Source: a virus. From it: a stretch of DNA of 64,000 nt. Shown here one piece after another: positions 1 through 9,528 of the stretch. The stretch lies in the IMG/VR virus record IMGVR_UViG_3300034523_000174, positions 13,608 to 77,607 of that record. One strand, given 5' to 3'. The notes beneath the pieces were generated by a model. The model searched no databases. It worked only from the letters and a program-made list of their open reading frames with translations, and had not been told where the DNA came from. Positions within the stretch are counted from its first letter, which is position 1. The number at the start of each line of letters is the position of its first letter. The translations under genes and the position numbers were made by a program.

Positions 1-76
1 GCTGCCTACCGTTGCGTACCTGCGCTACCTGAAAGAGAAGTGCGGGATTACCACAGCGGTTAGGACGGTTCGGTAA
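1..76 (+). CDS. Partial 3' end of a virion gene (position of P1 gp26-like baseplate protein)
   Basis: Frame from nt 2 reads LPTVAYLRYLKEKCGITTAVRTVR*; the TAA overlaps the next ATG (TAATG). Confidence 0.5.
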   Translation, partial: LPTVAYLRYLKEKCGITTAVRTVR

Positions 77-1149
77 TGGCTGGCCAGGACCAGGGCGCCA
101 ACATCGTCCAGGACGCGCGCAAGTCAGCCAAGCAGGCCCGTGAGGCGTTTGAGTTCGATCTAAAGCGCCGCCTCGGGGATCAAGCTAAGATCCTTTCCGC
201 CGACGATATGGGTGGTCTGTACGAGCCTAAGCGGGCGCTGTTCACGACGATTGACGGCAAGCCCCGGATGCTCACGTTTGACGACATCCTGGCATTCAAG
301 GCCGCCGTCAAAGACATTCAGCGCATGCACGGCCAGCATGGCAAACAGGCGTCCGGCGGGATCCTGGTCAAGAAGGTGATCGACCTGGCCACTCCCCAAG
401 ATCGGGAGCGCGCCAACAAACAAATCCATACGGCATTTCCCGTAGTCGACCGTGGCGGCGGCGTGGTGCAGTTCCAGACCAATGCTGGGCCAAACTCCGA
501 CGTATCGCGGCACACGGTTATGGTGCAGTTCCTCAGCTATGACACCGCGCTGTCGGGGGGCGATTCGGCCGCCAACGCCGCCAAGCTGCTGGCGCGCGGT
601 AAGGTCAAATACGATTGCGACTGCAACCGCCACACTTTCTGGTTTCGCTACATCGCCAGCATTGGCAACTTCAACTATGGGCGCGCCGAGGACGGTTTCC
701 CGCGCATCCGTAACCCCAAGCTGTACGGGGTGGCCTGCAAGCACGTCGTAAAGGTCATGGGCATGCTGGGTCACGCTGGCACGTTCAGCAACTTCGCCCG
801 CCGCATGATCGAGCACGGGCGCAAAACGCTGAGCGGAAAGCAAAAGGTCATGACCGTGAAAGAGCAGCAGGCGTTTATCGACAATGCCGCCAAAGCTCGC
901 AAGCGCGACCGCACCATAAAAACCACTGAAGAGCGGCGCCTGGAGCGCGCAGCGCAGCCCGCACAGCAGCGCAAGGCCGCCGAAGCTGCCAAGGTCCGGG
1001 CCGCGAACGAATCGCTGCGCAAGACACACGCCGCCAAGGTCAATAAGCCCGTGCCACTGGATAAGAAAATCAAGGCCATGATGAAGCTGGGCTATTCCGA
1101 ACAAGCCGCGCGGATCGCCATCACCGCCGCCGACAACGCACAGGGTTAA
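76..1149 (+). CDS. P1 gp25-like morphogenesis protein with SWIM-like Zn motif
   Basis: CDC-x2-H...ACKH motif, basic C-terminus, synteny with 26-25-7. Confidence 0.6.
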   Translation: MAGQDQGANIVQDARKSAKQAREAFEFDLKRRLGDQAKILSADDMGGLYEPKRALFTTIDGKPRMLTFDDILAFKAAVKDIQRMHGQHGKQASGGILVKKVIDLATPQDRERANKQIHTAFPVVDRGGGVVQFQTNAGPNSDVSRHTVMVQFLSYDTALSGGDSAANAAKLLARGKVKYDCDCNRHTFWFRYIASIGNFNYGRAEDGFPRIRNPKLYGVACKHVVKVMGMLGHAGTFSNFARRMIEHGRKTLSGKQKVMTVKEQQAFIDNAAKARKRDRTIKTTEERRLERAAQPAQQRKAAEAAKVRAANESLRKTHAAKVNKPVPLDKKIKAMMKLGYSEQAARIAITAADNAQG

Positions 1150-1152
1150 GAC

Positions 1153-1662
1153 ATGCTCAATAACGTCGCAATTCAGATCAACCGGGCCAACCGCCAGCGC
1201 ACGCTACGCGAGCCCAATGCTATCGACTGCGTGCTGTTCTCCAAACAGGTCGACCGGGAGTCAGATAGCGCCAGCGTCGACGGCTACCCCACGCTGGGTG
1301 GCGCTGGCGTGATGAGCGATGAGGATGAGGTGAACTATTCGTGGGTGTACGCCTGTGACGCCAAGATCCACTTCGCCCAAGGCTTCGCCGCGCCACTGGG
1401 CAACACCGCCGACAATGGCGGGCGCCTGGATTACCCCGAGGGCGTGACTGAGGCGTCTATCGAGCCAATCCTTGAGCCAGGCGCCGAGGGTTACGTGCAG
1501 CCAGCCAAGCGGATGCTGGTGGCCTTGCTGATGGGTGACGGCCTGATCATCAATTACGAGATTGTCGATGTGACCGGCAACGTGAACATTCCGCCGTATA
1601 CCCGCAAGTACCTGGTCAACCCGCGCCCTGATGAGGAAGTAACCGGCGACCTGGAACCGTAA
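1153..1662 (+). CDS. Head-tail connector, P1 gp7-like
   Basis: 169 aa ORF in a virion operon; assigned by synteny. Confidence 0.5.
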   Translation: MLNNVAIQINRANRQRTLREPNAIDCVLFSKQVDRESDSASVDGYPTLGGAGVMSDEDEVNYSWVYACDAKIHFAQGFAAPLGNTADNGGRLDYPEGVTEASIEPILEPGAEGYVQPAKRMLVALLMGDGLIINYEIVDVTGNVNIPPYTRKYLVNPRPDEEVTGDLEP

Positions 1663-1683
1663 CGCGCACGTCCTCCATATGGT

Positions 1684-1724
1684 GCAAAGCCCCTCCCGGA
1701 AGGGCTAAAAACCGCCTGTACGCT
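1684..1724 (+). promoter_or_regulatory. Putative late promoter (GCAAAGC...TACGCT)
   Basis: Conserved motif with a -10-like hexamer starting 35 nt downstream; 72 nt before the portal ATG. Confidence 0.7.
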
Positions 1725-1755
1725 GACCGATAAATGGGACTAATGCGTACAGACA

Positions 1756-3348
1756 ATGGCCGACGAAAAGAAACCGAAAAAAAGCCTGATGGGGTCGCTC
1801 GCCGGCGCCACCAAGCTTTTGCTGGGCGAGGTGAGTACCGCGCCCGATATCCGGATGGAAGGGATCAGCACGTTTGACGCCGATTACGTCGGCATTGAAA
1901 TGCTGCTTGGGTCTAGCGAGCGCCCGGCCCGGTCACGTTCTGCGATCTATCAGAAGTGGCATTACATGATTCAGGACGGGCTGATCAGCACCATCCTGCG
2001 CTTGCATGTACAGATGGCGCTGGGCGGCCATGAAACAACCGGGGAAACGATCTTTATCGAAGCCAAGCCCGGTATCTCGGCGGCCGATCAGAAGGCTGTC
2101 GATGAGCTGCAATTTATCGCCAAAATTCTCAACAAGCACGCCCACGGCATTTGCTTCAACGCCTGCGCGTTCGGTGACGCCTACGCCCGTCTGTATACCG
2201 AGAAAGGCATAGGCCTGATCACCATCGACACGGAGTCGGTGTTTTCGCCGCTTGTGCAGGCCTTCGAAGAGATTGGCCATACCGTGGGCTACGTGGTCAG
2301 CATTGGGTCGAAGCTACAGAGCCGGTTCAACCATCTAAAAATGTGCCGTATGCGGATGCCGCGCATGGTGTACCTGCCTCAGATGCGCGCGGTAGAGAAC
2401 GCCCAAAAGATCAACCTGGAAGCCGACACCGCTGATCACCTGGTGCCATTGCCAGCGCTGGTGGGCGGCTCGTTCCTGGAAGCGGCCGAAACGGACTACG
2501 ACAACCTGCTGTCTTCCCTGCGCGGGATGATCGGCCAGCGTATTACCGGATCGATTGACGAAACGATGATCGGCGCCAACCTCTCCGACATGACGGCGCA
2601 GCAACAGAAGCTGTTCATGGATTCGCTCGAAAAGATGCTCAAGAGCATGAAGGATCGGGCCGAGGAAGCGGTGCGCACAGGCACCTACGCTACTTCGCGA
2701 AACTTCCATGTCATGCCGACCTTCAACGAAAAGCAGCTGACGCAAATCAGCTCGTTTCAGGGCGGCTCAAATTCCGGCGCCGGCGCCAACATCGAAGACG
2801 TGATGTTTTGCGCCCGCAAACTGGCGGGCACGCTGGGCATTGACCTGTCGATGGTGGGCTTTGCTGACCAAATGACCGGTGGCCTTGGCGAGGGTGGGTT
2901 TAACCGCACCAGCAGCCAGGCTGCTGAGCGCTCACGGATCATCCGTACTGCTTTCATGAGCATGGTCAATGACGTGATCGACCGCCACAAGCTGGCCAAA
3001 GACGGCAAGGTGTGGGCGGACGATGAGCGCCCGTATGCCGTGAATTTCTTCGGCTCCATCGCCGCGCTTGAGGCTGAGAAACAGGCCAGCCGTGAGCGAT
3101 CGATCAACGGCGGCGTGATGCTGCTCCAGGGTATGGACCTGATGCGCAACATGGGATTGCCCGTGGATGTGATGGAGCAGTTCATGTCCGGATCTATGGA
3201 AATCGACGCCGACAAAGCCAAGGTTTATGCCAAGGGGATCAAGGATGCAAAACCGCCTGCGCCAGACATGGGCGGCGGGAACTTCGGTGGTGATGACAAC
3301 GAGCCGCCATTACTACCGAACGGCACTACAGATAATGGGGAAGAGTGA
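1756..3348 (+). CDS. Portal protein (P1 Prt-like)
   Basis: 530 aa, FGDAY motif, acidic Gly/Pro tail, directly upstream of the protease. Confidence 0.8.
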   Translation: MADEKKPKKSLMGSLAGATKLLLGEVSTAPDIRMEGISTFDADYVGIEMLLGSSERPARSRSAIYQKWHYMIQDGLISTILRLHVQMALGGHETTGETIFIEAKPGISAADQKAVDELQFIAKILNKHAHGICFNACAFGDAYARLYTEKGIGLITIDTESVFSPLVQAFEEIGHTVGYVVSIGSKLQSRFNHLKMCRMRMPRMVYLPQMRAVENAQKINLEADTADHLVPLPALVGGSFLEAAETDYDNLLSSLRGMIGQRITGSIDETMIGANLSDMTAQQQKLFMDSLEKMLKSMKDRAEEAVRTGTYATSRNFHVMPTFNEKQLTQISSFQGGSNSGAGANIEDVMFCARKLAGTLGIDLSMVGFADQMTGGLGEGGFNRTSSQAAERSRIIRTAFMSMVNDVIDRHKLAKDGKVWADDERPYAVNFFGSIAALEAEKQASRERSINGGVMLLQGMDLMRNMGLPVDVMEQFMSGSMEIDADKAKVYAKGIKDAKPPAPDMGGGNFGGDDNEPPLLPNGTTDNGEE

Positions 3349-3350
3349 TC

Positions 3351-4250
3351 ATGCGTAAGCGCACAGGGGTTATCAGTTACAACGTGAACGAGCGCGGGCG
3401 CCAATTCGCCGGCCAAGATCGCAAAGTCAACATTCCGGCGCTGATGGCGCTGATCAACGGCCCGATGGTGCAGGAGTTAGTGCGCAAAGGGGACGTGTAT
3501 GGGTACTTCGGCCATACGTTCCGCGAGAAATACGGCCTCAACGTGCCGGAAACAGTCATTGAGGGCGGAAAAGTGGTGGTGCTGGAGCCCACTGTGCGCA
3601 CGGTGATGATCAAGTGTCTGCCAGACGGCACCATCCAGCATAACCAAGAGTTTTTGAACAACGCGCCGGGGCGTATCGCTGGCCGCCTGTACGACAGCAA
3701 GGCCTATGGGTTCAGTTCGGTGTTCCATGCCCCCGAAGAAGCTGGCCTACGCACGCCCAAGACATTCCACGGTATGGATTTTGTCAGAACCCCGAACTAC
3801 GACACGAACCGGGGCTATGACGCCATGCTGGATAGTGTCGAGGCGGGCGCCATTGAGTCGCTGGGCTTCGCGGGCGAGTGCGCTGCCATGATGGACAGCG
3901 TAGAGGCGATGATGGCGCAGAGCGATGCACAGGCGGCAGAAATCAGTGAAGCCTACCTTCACCAGTGCAAAGTAAACGATGACCTGGTGGACCTCAACGC
4001 TCGCCTGATGCTGCGCCTACAGAAGGCTGGCACGGGCGCCATGCTCGACAGCGCCGATCCGACCACACTTCAGCGCGGTTCGGAGTTCCTGCCAAGCCGT
4101 GCGGCGGCCATGCTCGACAGCGCCGACCGCTTCATGAAAGCCGACCTGCCAGACCTTGAGCCGTCGCCCGAGGAAGTCGCCACCGAGAAGAAAGCCGGCG
4201 TCCTGGCCAAAAGCGTGGATCTGGTGCGTAAAGTGATCGGGGGGGTGTAA
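3351..4250 (+). CDS. Prohead (head-processing) protease, P1 Pro-like
   Basis: YGYFGH, YGFSS and GMDFV..PNY motifs of T4 gp21/herpes-like proteases; four AM(L/M)DS repeats in the C-terminal half. Confidence 0.8.
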   Translation: MRKRTGVISYNVNERGRQFAGQDRKVNIPALMALINGPMVQELVRKGDVYGYFGHTFREKYGLNVPETVIEGGKVVVLEPTVRTVMIKCLPDGTIQHNQEFLNNAPGRIAGRLYDSKAYGFSSVFHAPEEAGLRTPKTFHGMDFVRTPNYDTNRGYDAMLDSVEAGAIESLGFAGECAAMMDSVEAMMAQSDAQAAEISEAYLHQCKVNDDLVDLNARLMLRLQKAGTGAMLDSADPTTLQRGSEFLPSRAAAMLDSADRFMKADLPDLEPSPEEVATEKKAGVLAKSVDLVRKVIGGV

Positions 4251-6872
4251 GTGAGCATTCTCCCCTCCGATGGTGATGGCTTTCTAACGGGCGCGGTGTC
4301 CGAGAATCTGGAAAAGATCGCCCGCGAGATTGCGGTACTCAAGGCGATCCGCTCGGACACGCACGCCACCTTGGCACAACTGCGCTCTATAGCTAATTCG
4401 CTGGGAAGCGTCCGTGTAGAAGGGCCGGCCCCCAGCAATAGCGCGCCACCAGCTTCCCCCGTCATACCTCCTGACAGGCCATCGCGCCGCAATTCGCCAG
4501 CACCTGGCGCGCCACCTAGTGCACCGTCCGACGGCTCGCCAAGACCTGCCCCGCCCCCACGGCCTGTACCGCCACCACAGCCGCCCGACCGGGATGCCTC
4601 GCCAACGCCCGCTCCTGACCGTCACCGGGATGAGAGCGGCCGGTGGCGCCGCCGTAACGCTGGCCCCGATGGTGCACCAAGCCCTGACGCCTCGGGAAGC
4701 GACAAGGAAAGCCGTGCGGCTGGCGCAATGGGGGATGCCGCCGACACCTTGAAGGGTGTGGCCAGTGCCGTGGGTTCTGGTACAGACGGCATCGATCCAA
4801 CCGTTCAGGCCGTCAAAGAGATAGGGGGCATAGTTGCCCCTGTGGTTGGCGTTCTTAAGCCTATGGGGCGCCTGTTCGGTATTGGTAAGCGCCCCGAGCA
4901 AAAGAATCAGCGCGAAAACGTTGCCTGGTACCGCCGTATATGGGCGGCCGTAAAAACCCCGGCCGGCGGTGGCGGTGGCGGCCTAATGGGCCTGGTCCTG
5001 TCGGGCCTTTTGTCGATGCTGGGTATGCTGCTGGGGCCGATCAAGGCCCTGAGCAAGCTGATGGGGCTTGCCAGTCTACTCAAGGGCGCAGGCTCGATGC
5101 TTGGGGGTGGACGTGGCTCCGGTGGCGGCAGGGGCGCACGAGGTGGCAGAGGTGGGGGTGGGCCTAACCCCCCTGATACGAATCGACGCGGCGCGCGTAA
5201 TGGTCCAACCCCGCCCGATGCCAATGGCCGCCGGAATCAACCGCGCCCACCTAGGCCACCTGGTGGCAGTGGCGGCTTAGGAGGGATGGTTAAAGGGGTA
5301 TTGAAAAAACTTCCATTCATTGGCGCCTTACTCGGCGGCGGCATGATCGCCAATGCGTTTATGAAGGATGAAGATCCGAACGCAACCCCCGATGAGAAGG
5401 CCGCTGCCAAGGCAGACAAGTGGGGCACCGTAGGCGGCGTGGCTGGTGGTGTTGTTGGCGCGGCCGTTGGCTCCTTACTCGGCCCGGTTGGCACCATCGT
5501 CGGCGGTATCGTAGGTGACTACATTGGCTCTGCCATGGGCGAATGGCTGTCTACCGTCGATTTTGCCGCTGTAGCCACAACGGTCAGTGATACGTTTTCG
5601 GCGCTGGCGTCAGGCGCCATGGACCTGGCCAGCTCAGCTTTCGATTCGGTTAAAGGTGCCTGGAACGGCCTGGTAGAGAGTGGCGCTAAAGTCTTCACAG
5701 GCATGAGCGACTGGGCCAAAGACACCTGGAAGGCCGCCACAGATGCCGTGATGGGCATTAAGGACACCGTGGCCGACAAGGTGCAGACGGCCAAGGACTA
5801 TGTGGGCGATAAAGCCACGTCTGTGAAGGATGCCGGCCAGAACCTGCTGAATAAGGCCACCGGTGGCAAGTACACAGGCGGCTCCAACGCCGCGAAAGAC
5901 GAAATGATCAAGGCCATGGATGCGGGCGGTATCACTGATCCCAAATCTAAAGCCATGCTCATGGCCAACGTCGACCACGAATCGGGTGGGTTCAAGAAGA
6001 ACGAGGAAAACCTTAACTACAGCGCCAAACGCTTGCAGGAGGTTTTCCCCAAATACTACAAGACCCCCGAGGACGCCCGAGCCGACGCCAACAACCCGGA
6101 AGCCATCGCCAACAAGGTCTATGGCGGGCGCATGGGTAATACCGAGGCTGGTGACGGCTACAAATACCGTGGGCGCGGTAACTTGCAGCTGACGGGCAAG
6201 GCTCAGTATGCGGAAATGGGCAAGAAGCTGGGCATAGACCTGGTGAACAATCCAGACCTGGCCATGGATCCTAAATACTCGGCGCAGATCGCGGTGCAGC
6301 ACTGGAAGAGTTCCGGCGCCGACAAGGCCGCCCAAGCCGGCGACCAGACGCGCGCCCGTAAACTCACCAACGGCGGCACCAATGGCCTGGAGGATGTAAA
6401 CAGCAAATATGACGCCTATCTGGCCCAAGCTAAGGCCGGCGACCTGACGCCAACCCGTCGCGCCGATGAAGGCAAGGTGCAAGCGCCAGCCGCCGCCAGC
6501 ACCGCCATTGCCAGTACCATGGCCACGGTAAAGGGAGCGCCCACTGGCGCTAAACCGATCACCCCCGGCATGCCTGGCGCCAACACGGTGGGCATTATGG
6601 CCGCGCCGGCGACGGCTCCAACCCTGGCGACCAAAGGGGTTACGTCAATCAGTCCTGTGAGCGCCGGCACACTGGTCGCTCCTCGTTACACACCGCCCGC
6701 GCCGGAAGCCGCTCAAATGAAGATTCCGGCCACGCCAGCCGTAGAAAAGCCAATGATGATGGCCAACAAACCAGCCGCCCCCACCACTATCCAAATGTCG
6801 GTACCGCTCAGTCAGAACCTGGAAGATCGCCAGATTGCCCACGTCGCTGGCGGAGGGGTTGGTATGGGTTAA
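4251..6872 (+). CDS. Tape measure protein (Sit-like) with GH19 lysozyme/chitinase domain
   Basis: Gly/Ala-rich and W/F-periodic repeats; HESGGF..EENLNYS...YRGRGNLQLTG...NPDL...NGGTNGL is a GH19 signature. Confidence 0.8.
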   Translation: MSILPSDGDGFLTGAVSENLEKIAREIAVLKAIRSDTHATLAQLRSIANSLGSVRVEGPAPSNSAPPASPVIPPDRPSRRNSPAPGAPPSAPSDGSPRPAPPPRPVPPPQPPDRDASPTPAPDRHRDESGRWRRRNAGPDGAPSPDASGSDKESRAAGAMGDAADTLKGVASAVGSGTDGIDPTVQAVKEIGGIVAPVVGVLKPMGRLFGIGKRPEQKNQRENVAWYRRIWAAVKTPAGGGGGGLMGLVLSGLLSMLGMLLGPIKALSKLMGLASLLKGAGSMLGGGRGSGGGRGARGGRGGGGPNPPDTNRRGARNGPTPPDANGRRNQPRPPRPPGGSGGLGGMVKGVLKKLPFIGALLGGGMIANAFMKDEDPNATPDEKAAAKADKWGTVGGVAGGVVGAAVGSLLGPVGTIVGGIVGDYIGSAMGEWLSTVDFAAVATTVSDTFSALASGAMDLASSAFDSVKGAWNGLVESGAKVFTGMSDWAKDTWKAATDAVMGIKDTVADKVQTAKDYVGDKATSVKDAGQNLLNKATGGKYTGGSNAAKDEMIKAMDAGGITDPKSKAMLMANVDHESGGFKKNEENLNYSAKRLQEVFPKYYKTPEDARADANNPEAIANKVYGGRMGNTEAGDGYKYRGRGNLQLTGKAQYAEMGKKLGIDLVNNPDLAMDPKYSAQIAVQHWKSSGADKAAQAGDQTRARKLTNGGTNGLEDVNSKYDAYLAQAKAGDLTPTRRADEGKVQAPAAASTAIASTMATVKGAPTGAKPITPGMPGANTVGIMAAPATAPTLATKGVTSISPVSAGTLVAPRYTPPAPEAAQMKIPATPAVEKPMMMANKPAAPTTIQMSVPLSQNLEDRQIAHVAGGGVGMG

Positions 6873-6889
6873 CCGCCCCTCGATTCACT

Positions 6890-6930
6890 GCAAACCGCCC
6901 CGCAATAGGGCGGTTTTTGTTTGCCATGAT
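6890..6930 (+). promoter_or_regulatory. Late promoter overlapping an intrinsic terminator hairpin
   Basis: GCAAACCGCCC-cgcaata-GGGCGGTTTTT, then CATGAT at +35. Confidence 0.7.
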
Positions 6931-6958
6931 GCAATCAATAAACCGCTATCGGTGCCCC

Positions 6959-7279
6959 ATGGCAGACGACACATTAAACACAGACCTCCTGTTCCGGATG
7001 ATCGCCCACTGGGCTGGGACAAGGCCGGGTAGCTACTACGGCTCGACCTATGGCGCACCCACTGAGGAACTGTTGCAAAAGCCCCTCAGCTCGCCCATTG
7101 CGGACGCCTACCTGGCCAAGATGCGCGAGGACATTCCCGTCCTTGCCGCGCTGCCTGTGGGCACCATCAACATGCACGCGGCCAATGATGGCTTTGAGCG
7201 CAAAAACATCTTTATCGAAATTAGTGGCTCCTACGTGAGCCTTTCAGAGCTTGGAGAGGTCAACCGTGGCAACTACTAA
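6959..7279 (+). CDS. Baseplate wedge/sheath initiator (PmgA/gp25-like)
   Basis: Small ORF before the wedge gene; YYGSTYG motif. Confidence 0.6.
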   Translation: MADDTLNTDLLFRMIAHWAGTRPGSYYGSTYGAPTEELLQKPLSSPIADAYLAKMREDIPVLAALPVGTINMHAANDGFERKNIFIEISGSYVSLSELGEVNRGNY

Positions 7280-8654
7280 AGACGAGTTCCTACAGTCCGC
7301 AGTCAATGAAATCTCCAGTTATCCCACGATTGCGCTGCGCTTTTCGATTGGCGACCCCCTGATTCAGCAAGGGCTGGCGTCTATGTCAGCCATGCTGGCG
7401 GATCTGAGCAACCAGGTGGAAATGACGGCGGGCGAGGCGTTCATTAAGGCGCGGCCTGTGACGGTGCTGGCTGACGCGGCAGTGAAGGGTATTCTGCCTT
7501 TCGCAACGCCCACCATCGCATCGATCACCCTGCTCAACAGCGGCAGTACAGCCGTCCAGGTTCTACAGGGCCGCTCGCTGATGGATCAGGGTGGGCGGTA
7601 CTGGCGTGTTATCTCGGGCGGCAGCGCTGAGCCCGGTGCAAGCGTCCTGATACTGGCCAAGCAGGTCGTGTTGCGCTCCCTGACCCACTCAGTCACGAAA
7701 AACACACCGTTCTATACCGTGGAGCTGGATGACCCCGCCGTGGGTTACATCGCAGAGGTTGCGGTGACTGGCTATGAGTACACCGCCGAATTCTGCAACG
7801 TCTCCCCCGGTGATCTGGTCTACCACGTCAAATCTGATGAAAACCAGATTTTGAGCCTGATGTTTGGCGTGGACGCGCTGGCGGGTAAGCAACCGGCAGT
7901 AGGTGAGTCGCTGGCCATATCGATCTACGACACTGAGGGCGAAATCAGCCTGAGCGTGGGCGGCACGTTCTCGTTTGAGTACACCACCGCTGGAGACCAG
8001 TTTGTCATCATGACGCTTGCCGAGGTCACTCAGACCGGCGCAGCGCCGATGGATATCGAAACGATGCGCGAGGTGTGCAGCTACCCCGGCATCTACAGCA
8101 AATCCGCCGTCTACCTGTCGAACTTCGATTTTCTGGTGCGTAGTCAGATTCAGTCGCTCAACTTCCTGTCGGTATGGAACGAGGCCCGCGAAGAGGCTGT
8201 GCGCGGGGCTGACGTGCTCAACATGAACAGGCTTTTCGTGGCGGTTCTGCGCGATGGCACCAACGTGGAAACCCTGCGCTCTGAAATCTCGACAGTGGTC
8301 TACACCGCCGACGACAGCCTGCGGTTGCGCTGGGTTGATGCGGTGGAGATTGAATTGCCTCTGGTGCTCACCCTTACCATTCCGTCTACCTACGACTCCG
8401 CAGCGGTGCTCCAGGCCGTCCGGGCATTGGTGCTGATCAACTACGGGCGGAACTCGGCATGGGCTCGCCGTGGGGGTGCAAAGATCCTCAGGAAAGACAT
8501 TTACGCGCTGATCGACAAGAATATCCCGGCACTCACACAGCGCCTGGCAGACCTGTCCGTTGATACCAGCGCTGCGGTTGCGCCGCTTCCTGAGCACTTC
8601 CGCTACGTCACAGATGCGAGCCTGCAAGTCGTGCCTGTGAGTGAGGATGCGTAA
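7266..8654 (+). CDS. Baseplate wedge protein (BplA / J-like)
   Basis: About 460 aa, GTG start with GGAGAGG SD, synteny. Confidence 0.7.
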   Translation: MATTKDEFLQSAVNEISSYPTIALRFSIGDPLIQQGLASMSAMLADLSNQVEMTAGEAFIKARPVTVLADAAVKGILPFATPTIASITLLNSGSTAVQVLQGRSLMDQGGRYWRVISGGSAEPGASVLILAKQVVLRSLTHSVTKNTPFYTVELDDPAVGYIAEVAVTGYEYTAEFCNVSPGDLVYHVKSDENQILSLMFGVDALAGKQPAVGESLAISIYDTEGEISLSVGGTFSFEYTTAGDQFVIMTLAEVTQTGAAPMDIETMREVCSYPGIYSKSAVYLSNFDFLVRSQIQSLNFLSVWNEAREEAVRGADVLNMNRLFVAVLRDGTNVETLRSEISTVVYTADDSLRLRWVDAVEIELPLVLTLTIPSTYDSAAVLQAVRALVLINYGRNSAWARRGGAKILRKDIYALIDKNIPALTQRLADLSVDTSAAVAPLPEHFRYVTDASLQVVPVSEDA

Positions 8655-9475
8655 TGGAACTGATCCCGCTAAAGCGTAGCGCCGAATACGACGACCTTGA
8701 GTCTGAATTCAAGGCGCTGTTTCTGAGCCTGTACCGCCAATACGTCAGCGATGACCTTAGCGAGCTGATGCTGTACGGGATGCCGCACCTAAGCTCGGAT
8801 GAGGTCATTAGCATGCATCTGGGGCGTGACGGCCTGGCCATGCTGCGCGACACCACGAACGAGCGTATTCGCTACCTGTTCCACGCCTGGCGCTACAACA
8901 ACCCCCAGCGCGGAACAGCGTTTCTGGACACCTACCTGCGCACGCTGTTTGGGCCTACGTTCCAGATAAATCAATTGTGGTGCCCGGTAGATGGCGTCTA
9001 TCCCCATGATGCGGTATCGGAGGCCGAAGTTATCGCGCTGGGCGAGAGCACGGACGATTACTTTCTAACGAGCCGCCTACAGGTCGATATCGACACGGAA
9101 ATTGTCCCGCTGCGCATTGCCGAGGCGGCTAAGACGGCGGTTTCCGCCAAGTTCGTGCTGGACGTGCGTCTGGCCAAGACGATCAGCCTTGTTTACAAGG
9201 TGGCGATGCTGGGGTGGGGCATCCAGGTCGTGCGAGCGGCGGGCAAGGCCCTGTATCACCAGCGTGAGATTATCGCCTCGGTTACGGTTGGTGGCGGCAT
9301 GTACGCGGTCGGCAGCGGTGACGCCATCAAGCTGGTACATACGGGTGGTAGCCAGGTGGTCCGCGCACCAGAAGTGCGCAGCACGGTGCGTACAGGCCCT
9401 GCCAGTCGTCCAGGCGCGGCGACGATGATTTTCAGCTCAATTCCCCGCGTAGACATGCAAACCTACCCCAAATAG
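8654..9475 (+). CDS. Baseplate wedge protein (P1 gp16-like)
   Basis: NPQRGTAFLDTYLRTLFG motif; lies between the wedge and fibre genes. Confidence 0.65.
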   Translation: MELIPLKRSAEYDDLESEFKALFLSLYRQYVSDDLSELMLYGMPHLSSDEVISMHLGRDGLAMLRDTTNERIRYLFHAWRYNNPQRGTAFLDTYLRTLFGPTFQINQLWCPVDGVYPHDAVSEAEVIALGESTDDYFLTSRLQVDIDTEIVPLRIAEAAKTAVSAKFVLDVRLAKTISLVYKVAMLGWGIQVVRAAGKALYHQREIIASVTVGGGMYAVGSGDAIKLVHTGGSQVVRAPEVRSTVRTGPASRPGAATMIFSSIPRVDMQTYPK

Positions 9476-9497
9476 GGCGTTTTTCCGACTGTAACCT
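9457..9497 (+). promoter_or_regulatory. Putative late promoter of the tail fibre gene
   Basis: GCAAACC at 9457 and TAACCT at 9492, partly inside the upstream gene end. Confidence 0.6.
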
Positions 9498-9528
9498 TCT
9501 GCCATATATCAACCGTTTAGGTGGCGTT

